Assembly (NCBI GenBank): GCA_951804945.1
Contig: OX638158.1
Location: forward strand, 44,764,001 to 44,828,000
DNA length: 64,000 nt
Direction of reading: 5' to 3'
From: Podarcis cretensis
Lineage: Eukaryota
Under the pieces are notes generated by a model. It was not told the DNA's origin and did not search any database. It saw nothing but the letters and a program-made list of their open reading frames with translations. Shown here in pieces: positions 34,198-48,116 of this stretch; positions within the stretch are counted from its first letter, which is position 1, and each line of letters begins with the position of its first letter. The translations under genes and the position numbers were made by a program.

Positions 34198-36051
34198 GTA
34201 TCAATGTATGTGGAACTAAGTAAGAGGGTTAGGACAGCAGTCAGGCAGAGACACTTGGTGACAAAGAGGGAGGAACCACTAACAGGAATTGACTGGGCAC
34301 AAACAGTATAGAGACAGATCAGGCAGGACAGAAAAGGTTAGCAGTTTGATGGATGCTTGTTTAAAGAAAGTTCTTTGTTTTATATTACTCCTGCTTGATT
34401 ATTAATATAACTAACACTGCTTAAAACACCCAGTGCGGCTGGTTTATGCAAGAAGAATACTCCCACTTTAAGAAGGGTTTTCCTTTGCAACCTGGCTTTT
34501 TGCAAATAATTCCCCACCTCCCACCCCCAAGTGTGGTTTGAAGCCATGCATGCAAAGGAAGAAGGAAAGGAAAGGAAAGGTTGGTTTTCTGTGAAGTTGG
34601 GTCATTTGATATCATAGTGGTGCCAGGTGATTGATAGGTGGCATATTTGAAAGTAGCCCACAGGGTTGGAGTGGAGACTCAGGATTCAGCCTGCCCGCTG
34701 GATTCTTCCCCTCACCCCTGTCACAGATGGATGTGCACTCAGTGGAAGCACAGGTCAATTATTTGCTCTGTATGCAAAAATGTCCTTATTATAGTATTCT
34801 GTGAAGAAGCCGCATTGCTGATTATCAAGAGAGATTGCATTACCAATGTTTAAGTAAAGATGGGGGGAGAAGCACCCTCCAATGCAGACACAAAGACTGG
34901 ATTAGTTAATCACATTGATGGTCTGCATGAATTAATCCTTGTGCCAAGCTTTTATTTAGAAATAAGAAACTTCATTTCCATATCAATGCTTAACTTTTCT
35001 AGCCATGGCAATTATTCATAACATTTGAACTCTTGCTTCTTCTTTTTCCCCTTACGCATATTGGCATACAAAAAAGAGAGAGGCTTTTTTGCCTTTCCAA
35101 AGATAAACTTTTCAGAACTCAAAGAGGTAAATGCAATTGAAAGTTTGAAAGAAGTTTTTTTAAAAAAAAAATTGAGAGTTTGTACTCTGGAGCAGCACTG
35201 AATTCAGTAAGACTGGGCTAGAATAAATGATTTGAGGATGGCAACTTGAAATCAGTTGTGCATAAAACTAAACAAATTGTCGCTTGTGGCAGTTGACAGT
35301 TTCCCACAGATATTTGTTATAATCCTTTAAAAAATGCTTTTAGAGTTGGGGGGGGGGTATCTAGGAAACATGATTATGGCATGTACGGTACTTTGCACAG
35401 TATTTTCTATGTAAGGAGAAGATAGGTAGTAACATACCCAAAGGTTCACAAAACAACTATGATGAGAGTGAAAGGTGTAGGAAGGACCAAATAGATTCAA
35501 GGTAGAGATGGGATCAGTGTTTTGACATCTTTGGTACTTGATGTGAAAAGTACACACAGGTTCCCATATCCCCGTTTCCCATCTTTTGACTGGTTCCCAT
35601 CTCTGACTGTTCATTTTTATTCATTTATCTTGCAACACAAAATGATGTTCAGTCTGTGGAATTTGCTGTCTGGTCTGGCTGATCTGTCTTTATAGTAAAA
35701 ATAGCCTTCATGGGGAAAAGGAAGAGAAGAAATTGAAGGCTGCAGAGATTCAGAAACATTTCAGTGAACTTTTGATTACAGAATGGTGAAAATGGCAGGA
35801 AAAGGAACTTTGGGAAACGCTTAGGGATATAAGGTAATCTCTAGAATCGGTGCTTTGAATGTTTCATGGCACAGTGGAAAGTGGCACAAAGGCAAAGTTT
35901 ATTGTTACAGTGGTCACCATCCACACTATACGCTTAAAGCACTCTTACACTATTTTAAAAGTAATGGCTTCCCCCAAAGAACCCTGGAAACTGTAGTTAA
36001 GTAACTATAGTTACTCATGTTTAGCACTGAAATCATTGGAGCTTAAGCTAG

Positions 36052-36877
36052 TGTCAGAGCTGCCTCTAGATCCCAGCTCACAGAGGACCAACGCTAGGCT
36101 GTAGTAATGTACAAAAGTCTTTATTGAAGTTCAGTTTCCATTTCAAAGCCACAGCGTGCAGCCCTACGTCTTAAACCCTAGATCGGCGAAGTCCCGTCTG
36201 AGTCTCCTCCCCTATGACACCAGTTTAAGATCCTAGCCCTGCTCCACCTTTTACGCTGCTCTCTCCTCCTCTGGGTCCCCCTGCCCGCTGGGGCATTGCC
36301 CTTTCTGGACTCTTCCGACGCTGAGTCGCTTAGCTCCTCCCCCTCCCTCCGGCGGGCTTTAGGACCCGGTTCCCAATCCTCATTCTCTGCTGTCCCGCGC
36401 TCCTGTACATTTGAACTTGCCTCTCGCGCCAACCCAGTGACCTTTCTCCTAACCGTTACACTACTTCGGTCACTGCTTCCCTCTTCCGGGACACTGGCCG
36501 GATCTGACCTCTCCTCCGTTGTCCGACTTTCTGATGGAGGCGTGGTCAGCCCTGCCTTATCTTCTCTCCCTGGTGGGGAATGCACTGGCCCCGATCCTTG
36601 GGACTCTTCCCCCCCACTCTGCTCTGGTGGGGAAGCTGGTCCTGATTTCCAGCTACTGCTCTGGGAGTCCCTGCTGCCCCCTTGCTCCTGGGGCGTTCCC
36701 CTTGGGAACCCCCTACCCCTGGCCACTGGCGCCCCCTTCTGTGAATCTTCCGATTCGCTGGAGAGGCTCATGGAATCCCTCGGTCCACTGTCCTCTTCTC
36801 CTACGCTCCCCTCGGATTCTTCCCCTTCGCTCTCCATCTCCTCTCTTCCCTGTGCCTCTGCTCCTGAGCCCCTGACA
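36052..36877 (-). mobile_element. Solo LTR (826 bp, Gypsy-like) with an ORF in U3
   Basis: Termini TGTCAG...CTGACA; perfect 5-bp TSD GCTAG (36047-36051 / 36878-36882); AATAAA on - strand at 36120-36125. Confidence 0.9.
36178..36837 (-). CDS. LTR-internal ORF, 219 aa from ATG (frame open to the LTR edge); Ser/Glu/Gly-rich with an Arg-rich C-terminal motif; function unknown
   Basis: ORF track; I read 13 further stop-free codons (VRGSGAEAQGREE) up to 36876. Expression unproven. Confidence 0.4.
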   Translation of the reverse strand: MESEGEESEGSVGEEDSGPRDSMSLSSESEDSQKGAPVARGRGFPRGTPQEQGGSRDSQSSSWKSGPASPPEQSGGEESQGSGPVHSPPGREDKAGLTTPPSESRTTEERSDPASVPEEGSSDRSSVTVRRKVTGLAREASSNVQERGTAENEDWEPGPKARRREGEELSDSASEESRKGNAPAGRGTQRRREQRKRWSRARILNWCHRGGDSDGTSPI

Positions 36878-38800
36878 GCTAGTAATTATTTCAAATGGAC
36901 TACTCTAAGCATATCTGAATCGAACCCTTGAGTACAAGGTGGCCTGGGAGCAAGTCTTACGCAAGCCCGTCTAGTTGTCGAAAGAAGATGCATGCTTCTG
37001 AGACACAAGGGCAATTCTTCATAGCAACTAAACTGAGCCTTCATGTTCTGCTGATTAGCAAACACCAGGGACTACTGGGATTACCGTATACCCTCCTTGT
37101 GAGTTCTCTGTTGGACTAAGCTGCTTTCAGCGCAACCTAGCAAGGCACCTTTTCTGAGTGCAATTGAGTCCCTAATGCATCCAGGCAGGTGGACCTTAGC
37201 AACACGGATATGTATCTGAATTAATTAGCATGATAAAGAAAGAGAGGGAGCTATTCATAGAAGGATCCAATGAAAGTGGAGCGTGTTTAGCCTGCATTCG
37301 GCTGGCACAGAGGCAGACCTTCTGTTAATCCCCTGCATCCTGCACCTGAGATGGTTCGTTATGCTACTACTGCCTTGGCTCCTTTCGCTGTTCTCAGACA
37401 ACAGGTCTTCTGAGATTGGACAACACAGAGAGCTGGGGAGAGAGCTATTAAAGAGTGTGAAGGAAAGAACTCATAAACAGCAGGAAAGCTGGTGGTGAGT
37501 CACTCTAGCATGAGTGCATTAAGAGAAATCCCCTTAGGGGTTGTTTCAGAAGCATCATCTACAGGGAAAGAACCATATCAGACAAACCTATTCTGCTAAG
37601 ATGCCGACAAAGCCACTATTACAGTGCTTTATTATGCCTGCTTGTTGTATGCCAAGACCTTACCTCATTAGGATACACGTACTGAGTATCCACAAGAGAA
37701 GACAAACAAAAGGAGCAAAACTCTCGGCAAATATCTTTATGGCTGAAATTCATTCATTCAGTTCTGCCTGGCTGTATTCCCAGGACTCCTTCGTCTGTAC
37801 ATTAGGATCTGCATATTGCATCCACTTAAAGGCCTTTTTTATGTACCGTTGTTCTTTTTATGACTTTCTTTCTGGAGCACTGTGGGGAAAGCATTTGTTC
37901 TCATTGCTTCCACACCTATGAATTAAGTGTTAAATAATAAGGACAGAAGAGTTCCCTGGGAAGAAATGTGCACCGTTCCATCCATTGGCAGTTTAGGCGT
38001 TTATCAGGATTTAATTCAGTCACTGTTAGCAATCGGTTATTATTATTTATTAAATTTCTATACAATATAAAACCACAAAAATACATAGCATAGTAATAAA
38101 CACACCCACACACCAGTTTAAAAGGCCATAGAATGTTTAATTACCTAAAGACCTGGGAGAAGATGAATATTTTTGCCTGGCATCTAAAAATATGCTCCAT
38201 GCCTGACAAAGTCTGGATCTAACCCACTGAATGATTTGGCCAGTTTCAGAAGAACCTCCTGCTTACTGAGTAAACAGGACTGCCACGGACTGTAAATTAA
38301 CAGAATTTCTATGTAGCTCAGGCAATTAATTTTCAGAAGATGGAATCCGTGGTTCTTTAAAATAAATAATTTTGCCCTTGCTGTTTTACTGTTGACACCT
38401 GCAGTCATAGTTATTTGAGATTATCAATACTGAAGTAGTTAAGCTAAAGATTTATCTCATGGTGAATTAACATTCTTAATGTGGGAATAATATTCTGCCT
38501 AGCTGTAAAATGCCTGAATTAAAGCATGTCCTATGGGAGGCTATGCTTTATTATAAATGCATTAGAATCTGTTGCTTAGAAATCAATAAACATCTCTGCA
38601 AAGTCTGAGATACCAGTAAGATGGAAATCATTGCATCATTTTAACTAATTGTGGTAAGTATGATATATGGTCACTTTAGACATCATAGGAGACTGGCGTT
38701 AAGCACACACAGCAAGTGAGGAAGAGGAATGAGAGTGTTTGGATATTAATGGAATCTCAAGTCAAAAAACTAAGAAGTGCTTATTTAAGCAGTGGCTACT

Positions 38801-39088
38801 GAATCCCCGCGACAGGGTGAGTTCCCGTTGCTCGGTCCCTGCTCCTGCCCACCTAGCAGTTCGAAAGCACGTCAAAGTGCAAGTAGATAAATAGGTACTG
38901 CTCCGGCAGGAAGGTAAACGGCGTTTCCGTGCGCTGCTCTGATTCGCCAGAAGCGGCTTGGTCATGCTGGCCACATGACCCGAAGCTGTACACTGGCTCC
39001 CTCGGCCAATAAAGCAAGATGAGTGCCTCAACCCCAGAGTCAGCCACAACTGGACCTAATGGTTAGGGGTCCCTTTACCTTTACCTTA
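38801..39088 (+). mobile_element. Sauria SINE, 5'-truncated
   Basis: gaatccccgcgacagggtgag...ccctttacctttacctt. Confidence 0.88.
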
Positions 39089-39409
39089 CTGTAGCCAAGA
39101 TCTATTAATTATATGAGTTGATGGTGTCAGATTTGAGATCCAACCTAGTTCTCACTAAACCAGCCTGCTAGTCTAAAATGCCACCAAAATGCTATCGTGA
39201 CAAAGTCAACAAAACTGGAAAGGATCCAAGCAGCAGGCAGACCTAACTCGAGTTGCTGCAGCATACCTGCAGCTTCTGTGGGCATGTTGCACTGTGCAGC
39301 GCAGACTCTGCAGCCAGGTCCTAAATATTCCACTGGTAGGAGTTCCTTACTAGAGAGCCTTTTGCAGTTTCCACCATAATTAATATTTCCCAGCATTATA
39401 ACCTGAACT

Positions 39410-39533
39410 CAGTGATATTTTTCTTGAAAAAGGTGCCGGAACTCACCATGAACACCTCCCTTTTTCTCTTATAATGGCAATGGCGCCTACCTGAGAGGTG
39501 CTGGAACCAATTTCCGGCTGAAAAAAAGCCCTA
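39410..39533. mobile_element. Small hAT-like MITE
   Basis: cagtgatattttt...aaaaaaagcccta; degenerate 8-bp TSD cctgaact/catgaacc. Confidence 0.6.
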
Positions 39534-40547
39534 CATGAACCTATAGTCATTCTACATTGTACAATTCTACATTGTACATTCTACAATGTCTGCTGCTATA
39601 TCAGTGTTGCAACAGAGGACAACATTAATGGGGGAGGGGCACGCGTAGGATATTTATATAAGGGTTAGATTTCCATTGAAGGCAAATAATTGCTGATCCA
39701 ACAGCTGTACCATGTAGCTTTCTGTGTTTCTTTGGCTTTTCTGGCTGTATCAGACATAACTTTCCCTGTGATTAAGCATTCCTGACATTTCTTCGGAAAT
39801 TATGGCCTTAGCTTTGTTTGGGACCTATCCTGACAGTTTATGTTTTCTCGCCATTCTGATTTTATTCCACCCATTGTCTTGTGAGCTTCCTCTAAGTTAG
39901 CAGGACTCACAAACTCATAAAGGGAAGCTAAACTGCACTATTGCAACCATTGTTGTTGTTGTTGTTGTTGTTATTCCTTTCATTTCCATACCGCTTTATA
40001 TTTTAAAGAAAAATCTCAAAGCAGTTTACAACACATTAAGACATCAAATTAAACAATCCAGAATAAAACATTCCTGAAGAAAGCTGTATGTAAAGTATAC
40101 ATTCAAAGCAACTTTATTAAGAGCAAACAAAAATATCAGCCTAAGTGTTTCAAAATAAAATATTACAAAGGAGATCAGCTACAGAATGCACATTAAATGC
40201 AGCAAATGTAACAAAAAAAATTATCCTAAACATTTCAAAAGAAAACATTACTAAAGGAAGTGAAGTATAAAATACACATTTAAAACAGCATAATTAAACA
40301 AGAAAATTAAATGTGATAATTAGCTAGGATATATCTGCTACTGTTGCTGCCAATCCTGCCAATGGTGGGCGGCTGGCTGTGGAAGCTCAAGCTTGATGAC
40401 CTGGGTCTGTACTAAGAAACATCCAACATTTTAAATCTTAATATGTTGCCCCTTAAGCAGTTATACAAGGATTTTGTACCATGCTGTGACCTCTGTTTTG
40501 AAAGGGAACAAAATGAATTAGAAACTAGGAGCTGCTAAGCAAAATTA

Positions 40548-40886
40548 GTAAAGGTAAAGGTACCCCTGACCATTAGGTCCAGTCACAGATGACTGTGGGG
40601 TTGCGGCGCTCATCTCGCTTTACTGGCTGCAGTGTTTGTCTGCAGACAGCTTCCGGGTCATGTGGCCAGCATGACTAAGCCGCTTCTAGCGAACCAGAGC
40701 AGAGCACGGAAACGCCATTTACCTTCCCGCCACAGCAGTACTTATTTATCTACTTGCACTGCTAGGTGGGCAGGAGGTGGGACTGAACAATGGGAGCTCA
40801 CCCCGTCGCAGGGATTCAAACCGCCGACCTTCCGATCGGCAAGCCCTAGGCTCTGTGGTTTAGACTACAGTGCCACCCGCGTCCTT
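40548..40886 (-). mobile_element. Sauria SINE
   Basis: Full body; TSD caaaattagt/caaaatcagt. Confidence 0.88.
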
Positions 40887-42099
40887 CAAAATCAGTGGAC
40901 TTGAATTCCTTAGTGTTACTATTTACTTAGAACCATTGAGGCCTCCAGACAGATGGTTGCTGTCATTCTCTACTGATCCTCCTTCCTCCCATACTTCTCC
41001 TGGAGGGTTCTTGATGAAAGTAGAAAGATGCCATTTGGTGTGAGTTTGATTCTCACAGGTTGAAATCACTGTGGTTACTGAAGGAAGAAATCAGATTGAG
41101 CTATCTACTCTCTGTTCATCTCAGTGAATAGTTACCATTCAGTCTTGGGGAAGAAAACAGTTTATATTGGGGAACAAAATAGCTTATATTGGGGATATTT
41201 ATTGTGATCTGCCCTCCTACCTTTCCACTGGGCAACCCTTGAGGTGCAGATGACTCATATGGAGAGCCCACAGGAATGTTCCGCACAACATCTCTTGCAA
41301 TAGCCAAGATCACCCCTTTTACACATTCCTGTCTTTTATAGTGACAGGCATTTTGCTAGTCTTGAATACTGCCATCTTGACAGCCAAAGAGATTCCTGCT
41401 TTAGAACTTAAGCTATTATTATTTTTTTACCATAATAGCCTGTACTATCAGATCATGACAGATGTAAATTTTCAGCAAAAACTGTTGCTTTTCAATTTTT
41501 AAGGAACATGTCCTGACCCCTATAGATATCATCTCTTCCTTCTCTTTTAAGAAGCTGTAGGGCAAATGAAAGATCGGCAGCACTTTTGACTGGGGAGCTT
41601 AACAATAGTAGTTTATGATCTGGGTTATATAAGAGCCTTGTGAATCCTGTTAGGAGTATAAAAGAGCCCAAGACCCAGAAGCAGCTTTCATTTGCTTTTC
41701 TTTCTCAGACAGCTATTCTTTACTTAATGCTTCTTTTTGTACTGAGTGCTTGAACTTTGGGAGTCTGTTTGTTGAGGCAGGAATGCAATTTCAACTAAGA
41801 AACTGTAGATTCAATACAGGCGATGGCCATTTCGCGCGGGAGTTTCATTCCCGGCCACCGTGTGCATCGGCGGAGTTTGTATAAGTGCGCCCCGACCCTA
41901 TTCTGCCTTGTTCTGGGTTCTGTGCATCGACGAATGAGCATCAGTTGGATGTGCCTAAAATGGCTGCTCCCTGTATTGTAATTTTCTGGAGAACAGAACT
42001 GCTCAACTTAGCCATTTTCTCTCTGGTGTTATGTTGTATACATTTGAGCCCTGCATAGAAATGTCACGTCCCTTTGGCCCTTTGTATTTGAGTTGGGCC

Positions 42100-42484
42100 C
42101 AGTGGTGGAGGAAGGGGGGCAGGGGTGGCCCGCCTTGGGTGCCATTTCTGAGGGGGTGGCAAGAAGGCACCCCTCAGGAGGCTCACTCCACCACGCCGGG
42201 CGCGGTGGCATGAGCCGCCGCCATCACGCCGCCTCAGCCGCATGTGGAGGATCCCGCCACCACTGCCGCCATGAGCAGAGGATCTTGCCACCATCCATAC
42301 AGCGCTCGAGTGGCGCCGTTGGCAAACCACCCAGCAGCGCATGCACGGTGCCGCTACATATGGTGCGTGCAGCATATATAGCGCCGTCGCACATGTGCCA
42401 GACGTACGGCATGCACACATGCACCACTGGGCAGTTTGTCCCAACACCCCGCACCGAGGGCCGGTTAGCCTTCCTTCGCCCCTG
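42100..42484. mobile_element. CpG-rich hAT-family non-autonomous transposon
   Basis: TIRs CAGTGGTGGAGGAAGG / CCTTCCTTCGCCCCTG; perfect 8-bp TSD GTTGGGCC. Confidence 0.88.
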
Positions 42485-42809
42485 GTTGGGCCTCTACTAT
42501 ATACAAAGGAAAAATATCTCTGTGCCATGGATATAGATAGATAAACTCTAGATAAATGTACACACCGCTTATAACCCGTTGTGCATCTGGCAAAGTAAGC
42601 TGTAGTCCAAGGACAAGAAACCTGTGGCTCTCCATTGTCAGTGTTGTTGGAATACAATTCCCATCATCCCTGATCCATTGGCCACACTTCCTGCAGCAGG
42701 GAGAAACTGGAGTCAAATAACATCTGGAGCCCAGCTCTGATCCAAGAAATTTCATCCTGCAATAAATCTGAATGCTTGAGGACTTATTAAGGGCATCAAA
42801 GTGGTTGAA

Positions 42810-43030
42810 ATGGTGTGATATACCAGTAGACAGTGATTTCACTAGCAGACTGAGACATGAAGACCCAAATTCAGTTCTCAACCATGAAGCTCACTGGGTG
42901 ATCTTGGGCCAATCACTATCTCTTAGTAACCTACCTCACAGGGTTGTTGTGAATAAAAAATAAAGCTAGTAGAGCCATGTATGATGCCTTAATCTCCTCA
43001 GAGGAAAGTTGGATGTAGATGCAATAAAAA
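42810..43030 (+). mobile_element. Old MIR/Squam3-like SINE relic
   Basis: gctcactgggtgatcttgggccaatcac...acctacctcacagggttgttgtg; similar relics near 15530-15730 and 18760-18930. Confidence 0.6.
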
Positions 43031-44391
43031 ATAAATCAGTATCACTTCACTTGCTCACTTAAAAATGTAAGATTTAAAAATCTCTCAGCGGGTAGGGGGC
43101 TGTTTGAGATTAATTCCAGCCTTCTAAAAATTTAAAGCAATGTAATATAGTGCAACCAACATTATGATTTGAGTGGGTGGGTGGGTGCGGGGAGGAGGAC
43201 AGAGAGAGACTTCCCATCCCAAGTGTTATGCAAAAAAATATTTGCAGATTGGTGACCGATTTCTGGCTTAAACTGCAAGTAGTGTTCATGTCACCAGTAA
43301 TATAATTTCACATACATGGAATAAACATCTGTAATTAGATTTTAATGTCATCGTAACAGTAAATTTTGCATTTTAATGTGCAGAGAAAAGATTTTGAGTT
43401 GAACCTTTAGACCCTATAACTTATACATCATCTCCCAAACTGGCCTGCATTCTTCAAAACACGGATGGGCTTCTTTGCCCTTCCTTCCAAATTAAATTAA
43501 GGGTGAAGTGGGGGTGAGCACAATTTCCTCATTTAAATAATTAGTTGGAAACCGATAAAATATATATGAGAAGAGGGCAGAAGGGAATAGAAAGTTCTCT
43601 TTGCTCTAAGTGGTTCCCATTCCGATCCTGCTTTTATATCAAAATAATAGCAGGCATCTCAGTTTCTTAGTGGAAGAAGGAAGAGCTTCCTGGTCAGGTC
43701 AGAAGACATAATTTTGCAATGGAATATAAATATGGAAAACTAATGGTTGAGACCATCTCTCAAACTTCTTATTTCCCTCATCTTCTGCTCCTCCCAAAAT
43801 GTCTGCAGACTCAATACCTTTTCCACATATTTGTAAAGCTGAGTGGGCTTTTCCCAGTAAGTTTTAAGTTGTTTCTACTTTTCCTTTGTTTCTACCTTGA
43901 TGACTGATGTTTGGTTCTTTTACCCAGTTAATCAGCTGAAGAGGAAAGTACTAATCAATAGACTGGGAGTTAGTGTTAATCACTCAGGACTGTGATGCAT
44001 ATATTTAGAACCCAGTATCTCCTTGTGTTCCAGCCCAGATCTGCCAGGGGTTTAGGTCAAGGTGTGGGGCTATGGATTTGTGTATTATAATCACTGCAGC
44101 AGTTGTGTCATACTGTGGTTGTGTCAGACTGTGGTTATATGAACATACAATGTGTTCCCTCTGTGTTGAGGGGTTTCATAGTGATTCCCTCTAATCTTCA
44201 AGTTATCTGGGTCAGTTTCCTCCTCTCTCAGGTACTTAAGCAGGGAGGTGGTTGGTGAGGAATCGAATGACGATTGTTTCTGGAACATCACCCTACTCAG
44301 CTTAAAGTGTAAAGCTTACAGTTGTTTCCCTGGACTTGTACCACTTAATTCAGCTAAATGTACAAACTGGCTGTTAGAAAAAAACTTTTGT

Positions 44392-45170
44392 TTGTGCCCC
44401 GAGGCCCCCAAGCCCTTCCCCAGTAAATTAATTCAAATGGACACATAATTTTAATTTAAGTTTTGGGGCAAAATTTGGCCACAACTTTATTGATTACAAA
44501 ACAAATTGAGTGGTATTGGCCTAGGCATTGGTCAGACACTATAACTGATTCCAGCCTCTCTGGCTGGCAGTCTGAAAGGGTAAACACCAAACAAGGGAGC
44601 AACATTGGTGAAGATTGATTGAAGCTCACCCCGGGGTTCCTGTGGTTCTGGCATGCCCCTAGCCCCTCAAGTGGACTTCGGACGAGATCCAGGACCCCCA
44701 GATTCCTTTACCGGAATACCCTAATTCTGGAGAGGCAGGTGATGGCCACACCTCACCTCCCGCACATTTCTATAAACCAATGCCTAACCGCCAAACCTTA
44801 CAAAGTTGTGACGATTGCTAAGGAGGTAGGCAAAAACCAAGTGGCCAAAGCCAATCTGTCAAATGGAAAAATTCCTACCCAGCCCCTGCTCCAAAGTAGG
44901 CGACTCAATCCAAAGCAAGGCCAAAGCAGCAGCACCAAATTGGGGGGGAGGTGTTCGGCAGCGCGAAGCAAGTGCCCCACCCACGTCGCACTGCCTCATT
45001 TATAGGACCCCGGGATCGCACCACCTGCCCCAACTGGCCCAAACGGCCAGGCACGATCCCAGGGCCCAACTGGCAAGGCTTGGGCCACACATAGTAACAA
45101 CTCACCCTGTGGGGGTGGCTTAAGGGGTCTGAGTGCAACCAGGACCCTCAATTTAGGAGGATCCCATTCA
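44392..45170 (-). mobile_element. ~0.8-kb TSD-less structured retroelement cassette, copy 2 (most diverged)
   Basis: Shares core 44770-44930 and AATAAAGTTGTGGCC with copies 1 and 3; TATAAA on - strand near 45000; 5' hairpin 45142-45164. Confidence 0.6.
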
Positions 45171-46688
45171 TCTGCAGAACATAATCTCAGAACCCACTTA
45201 CCAGGACTGTGTTGCTGCTGCTGATTTTGTTACGAAGCACTCCTAAAACTCCCAGCTTTTGCGATGGTAGCCTGCACTTGAAGCTCTGTTTTGTCCTGGA
45301 GCAGCAAAGAGAGGGAGACTCGAAGCCAAGTTGGAACACCTAAATCAATCGGATGCTGTCTCTTTCACTGTAAATCTCTGCCAACCTCCTGCATTATGTG
45401 TAAATTAAATAAAATGTCACTCTTACCTCCCTCGCTCCCAATTACTAGAAAATAGTCTGAGGTTCCTGGCTGTAGAACCCAAAAATATGTTAATCTCTTT
45501 TCTCCTACTTATTAGGAAAGCAGATTAAGGTGCATTTTCAGAGGCAGTTTCCCAAAGATCTTAGACAAACTTTTCCTAACTGCCATAATTTAAAAACTTT
45601 TAACACCCGTTCACTGCCAGGAAGACATGATTTAAACTAAATAGGGGGAGAAACAGCAATACTCTGTTCTGGGCCAGATGCATCTTTTGGGAGGAAATTG
45701 AGCTGCTTAAAGGCAGTCTTGAAGGCAAGATGGATGCCATGGACCAGTCTTGAGCAGCAAAACAAGCAGCTTAAAAACAGACTGAAAGACAAAATGGAGG
45801 CCTCCAACATGCAGCTGATAAAGAGTGCGACTTTCCCACATAAGGAGAGGAGAGCTATGCCTGATCGAACATGACAGGGGGTTCAAACTGACCCAGCATC
45901 TCAGCTGCAAGAGTGCCCAGAAAGATGTTTACTTAGAAAGAGATGGGTTGTGCCCCCTTGAGTGCAGAGTGGAGCTAATCAGGAGGCCAAGACATCCTCT
46001 GATGGAACCAGTTTGAACATACGGTATCTGCATAATCCCCATTGAGGATTTTAGCCCTCAATTTGAGGGCAAGTTCAGAATCTGGGAAGTCATTGATGGC
46101 AGCACAAGTGGACTTCTTTGTGTCTTTCACTAATGCCCCACCCTTCCACTCTAGCGTACCACCAAACTTCTTCCGGTGGGAATTAGGTCTCCATTCCCAA
46201 CCAGTCCAGAAGACCCATCAAATCTTCTCCCTGCCCCCATGACACTCCAGCAAGGCATCTCTGTCATAATCCAAGCTAGACTGTTATGTACTTAGTTGAA
46301 TAGGACATTCTATTTGTTTGCACTTGGTCATGAGGCACATGCTTTTATATATTTAGGGGAAAGAGCATGTTCTTGTCTAAGCTTTGAGTAGAATTTTTTT
46401 TTAATAAAAATTCTATCAAATCATAATAATTAGGGCTCCACAATTTGTGCACAAAATCCCTCCAAATACCTGTCAAGAATACTCTCATGCCTGACCCAAT
46501 GAAAAAGAATTACTCTGAGATTTCACAGTAAATCTTACAGGCTACAAATTTAATCCTCATAATATTCAGGAAATTGCAAAGGCACAGGCATTAGAAGTTA
46601 CAACCTTTGTTTTGGCTCTGACTTGAAAAGAAGTGCTGCAAGATTTTATTTCATGATCTTTTGAAAGAAGTCTGGCTTTTGAATATAT

Positions 46689-47506
46689 ATTTGCGTGTCG
46701 AGGTCCCCAGGTCCACCCCAATAACTCACACATCACACAGAAATTTATGTTTAAGATTTTTGGCATAATTTTGGCCACAACTTTATTAAAATACAAATTT
46801 GTGAGTGGTTGCGTAGGCATTGGTTGCAACTATCTGCCCCCAACATGGGGGACAGACTGACATTCCGCACAATGCGAAAGTCAGAATGGGGGAATACACT
46901 TGGGGGTTACGTGGAGCAGGGAACCTGCCCTCACCCCAAATGCAACCAGGAGCTCATTGCTATGGCCCGAGCCCCCTTGACAGAGTGGACAAGCAGTAGT
47001 TAGCTCCCAATTCCTTTAATGGAATCCCTTGCAGCAGCAGCATTAGAGGGGCAGGCACAGCCAATCCATGCCCCTCAACCAACCAAACCATAAACCAATG
47101 CCTAACTGCGAACCTTACAAGTTGTGACGATTTGCTACGCAGTAGGCAAACACCAAATGGCCCCAGCCAATCAGCCAGATGGACAAAATTCCTACCAGGC
47201 CCCCGCTCCAAAGCAGACGACCCCATGACAGGCGTAGCAAGGTCAAAGCGAACAACCCTATTCTAGGGAGGGAGGGACGGGCAATCCAATGCACGGGCGA
47301 AAAGAGGAAGCCCTAGCCTCGTGCAAGGAGTTTTACTATTTCTGGCTGTCAATCAATAAATGGCAACATTAACTTCTTCCCAACAACAAGGGAAGCCCCA
47401 ATCGCATCAGTGGCCAACGATCAATTAGCCCGCCCCCCAACTTTGGAGTGTCCTGGCGGCCCCCACCGCAACACGTGCTCTCCATGAAGGAGAACACGCT
47501 TTCTCA
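46689..47506 (-). mobile_element. ~0.8-kb TSD-less structured retroelement cassette, copy 3
   Basis: Both ends match copy 1 (aaagcgtgttctcc...ggggacctcgacac); conserved core at 47090-47250. Confidence 0.62.
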
Positions 47507-48116
47507 AAGGCAGCCATGATTAAGGCAACACCAAAGGCTTCACATGCTAAAGAATACTTACTACAAACCATTTTATAAACTCAACCTTACCACCATATAC
47601 ACAAAGTATTCCCAGAGATGGCAGCTATCCATCCTGGCAGCCACAACCTAGCAAATAATCTGTTCAAAGGAACAAAAGAACGCAACTGCCTGAAATGCCA
47701 AACGGTTGTAACTACACAGAGCACATGTCAGTCTTTAAAATTTGCCAGCGTACAGCCTGCACATTCCAAATGAACCAACTTCACCTGAGGGAAATAGGAA
47801 GTGAATAAGATTTATTTACAAATGTAGGATTTATACAAGGATTAGTTACTAAGCTCCACACAAATTTTAGATATTGCAAGAGATTCGGCATATGTTTGTT
47901 TGGAGGAAGTGTAGTGCTTTACACAAAATTAACACAAAATTCTTTGCAATGCCTAATGCCTACTCTTTTGGCTCAAATTGGGGTAAATTTGAAGGGCCCC
48001 AGTCCTTCATATAATCCACAAAATGCCTCATTTCACTGCTTGAAATGTGGGCAGCAAAATGGGGGTGGGTATCTCAGCTCGGTGCTAATGAAGACATATG
48101 CAAAGACTGCACAATG

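Noticed and set aside
36296-36931. 211-aa + strand ORF
   Set aside because: Antisense shadow of the LTR ORF; non-ATG start, low-complexity Ser/Pro/Leu, crosses the LTR boundary
42029-42657. CpG island or overlapping ORFs suggesting a promoter or gene
   Set aside because: The CpG-rich part is bounded by hAT TIRs and an 8-bp TSD; the ORFs reflect GC content
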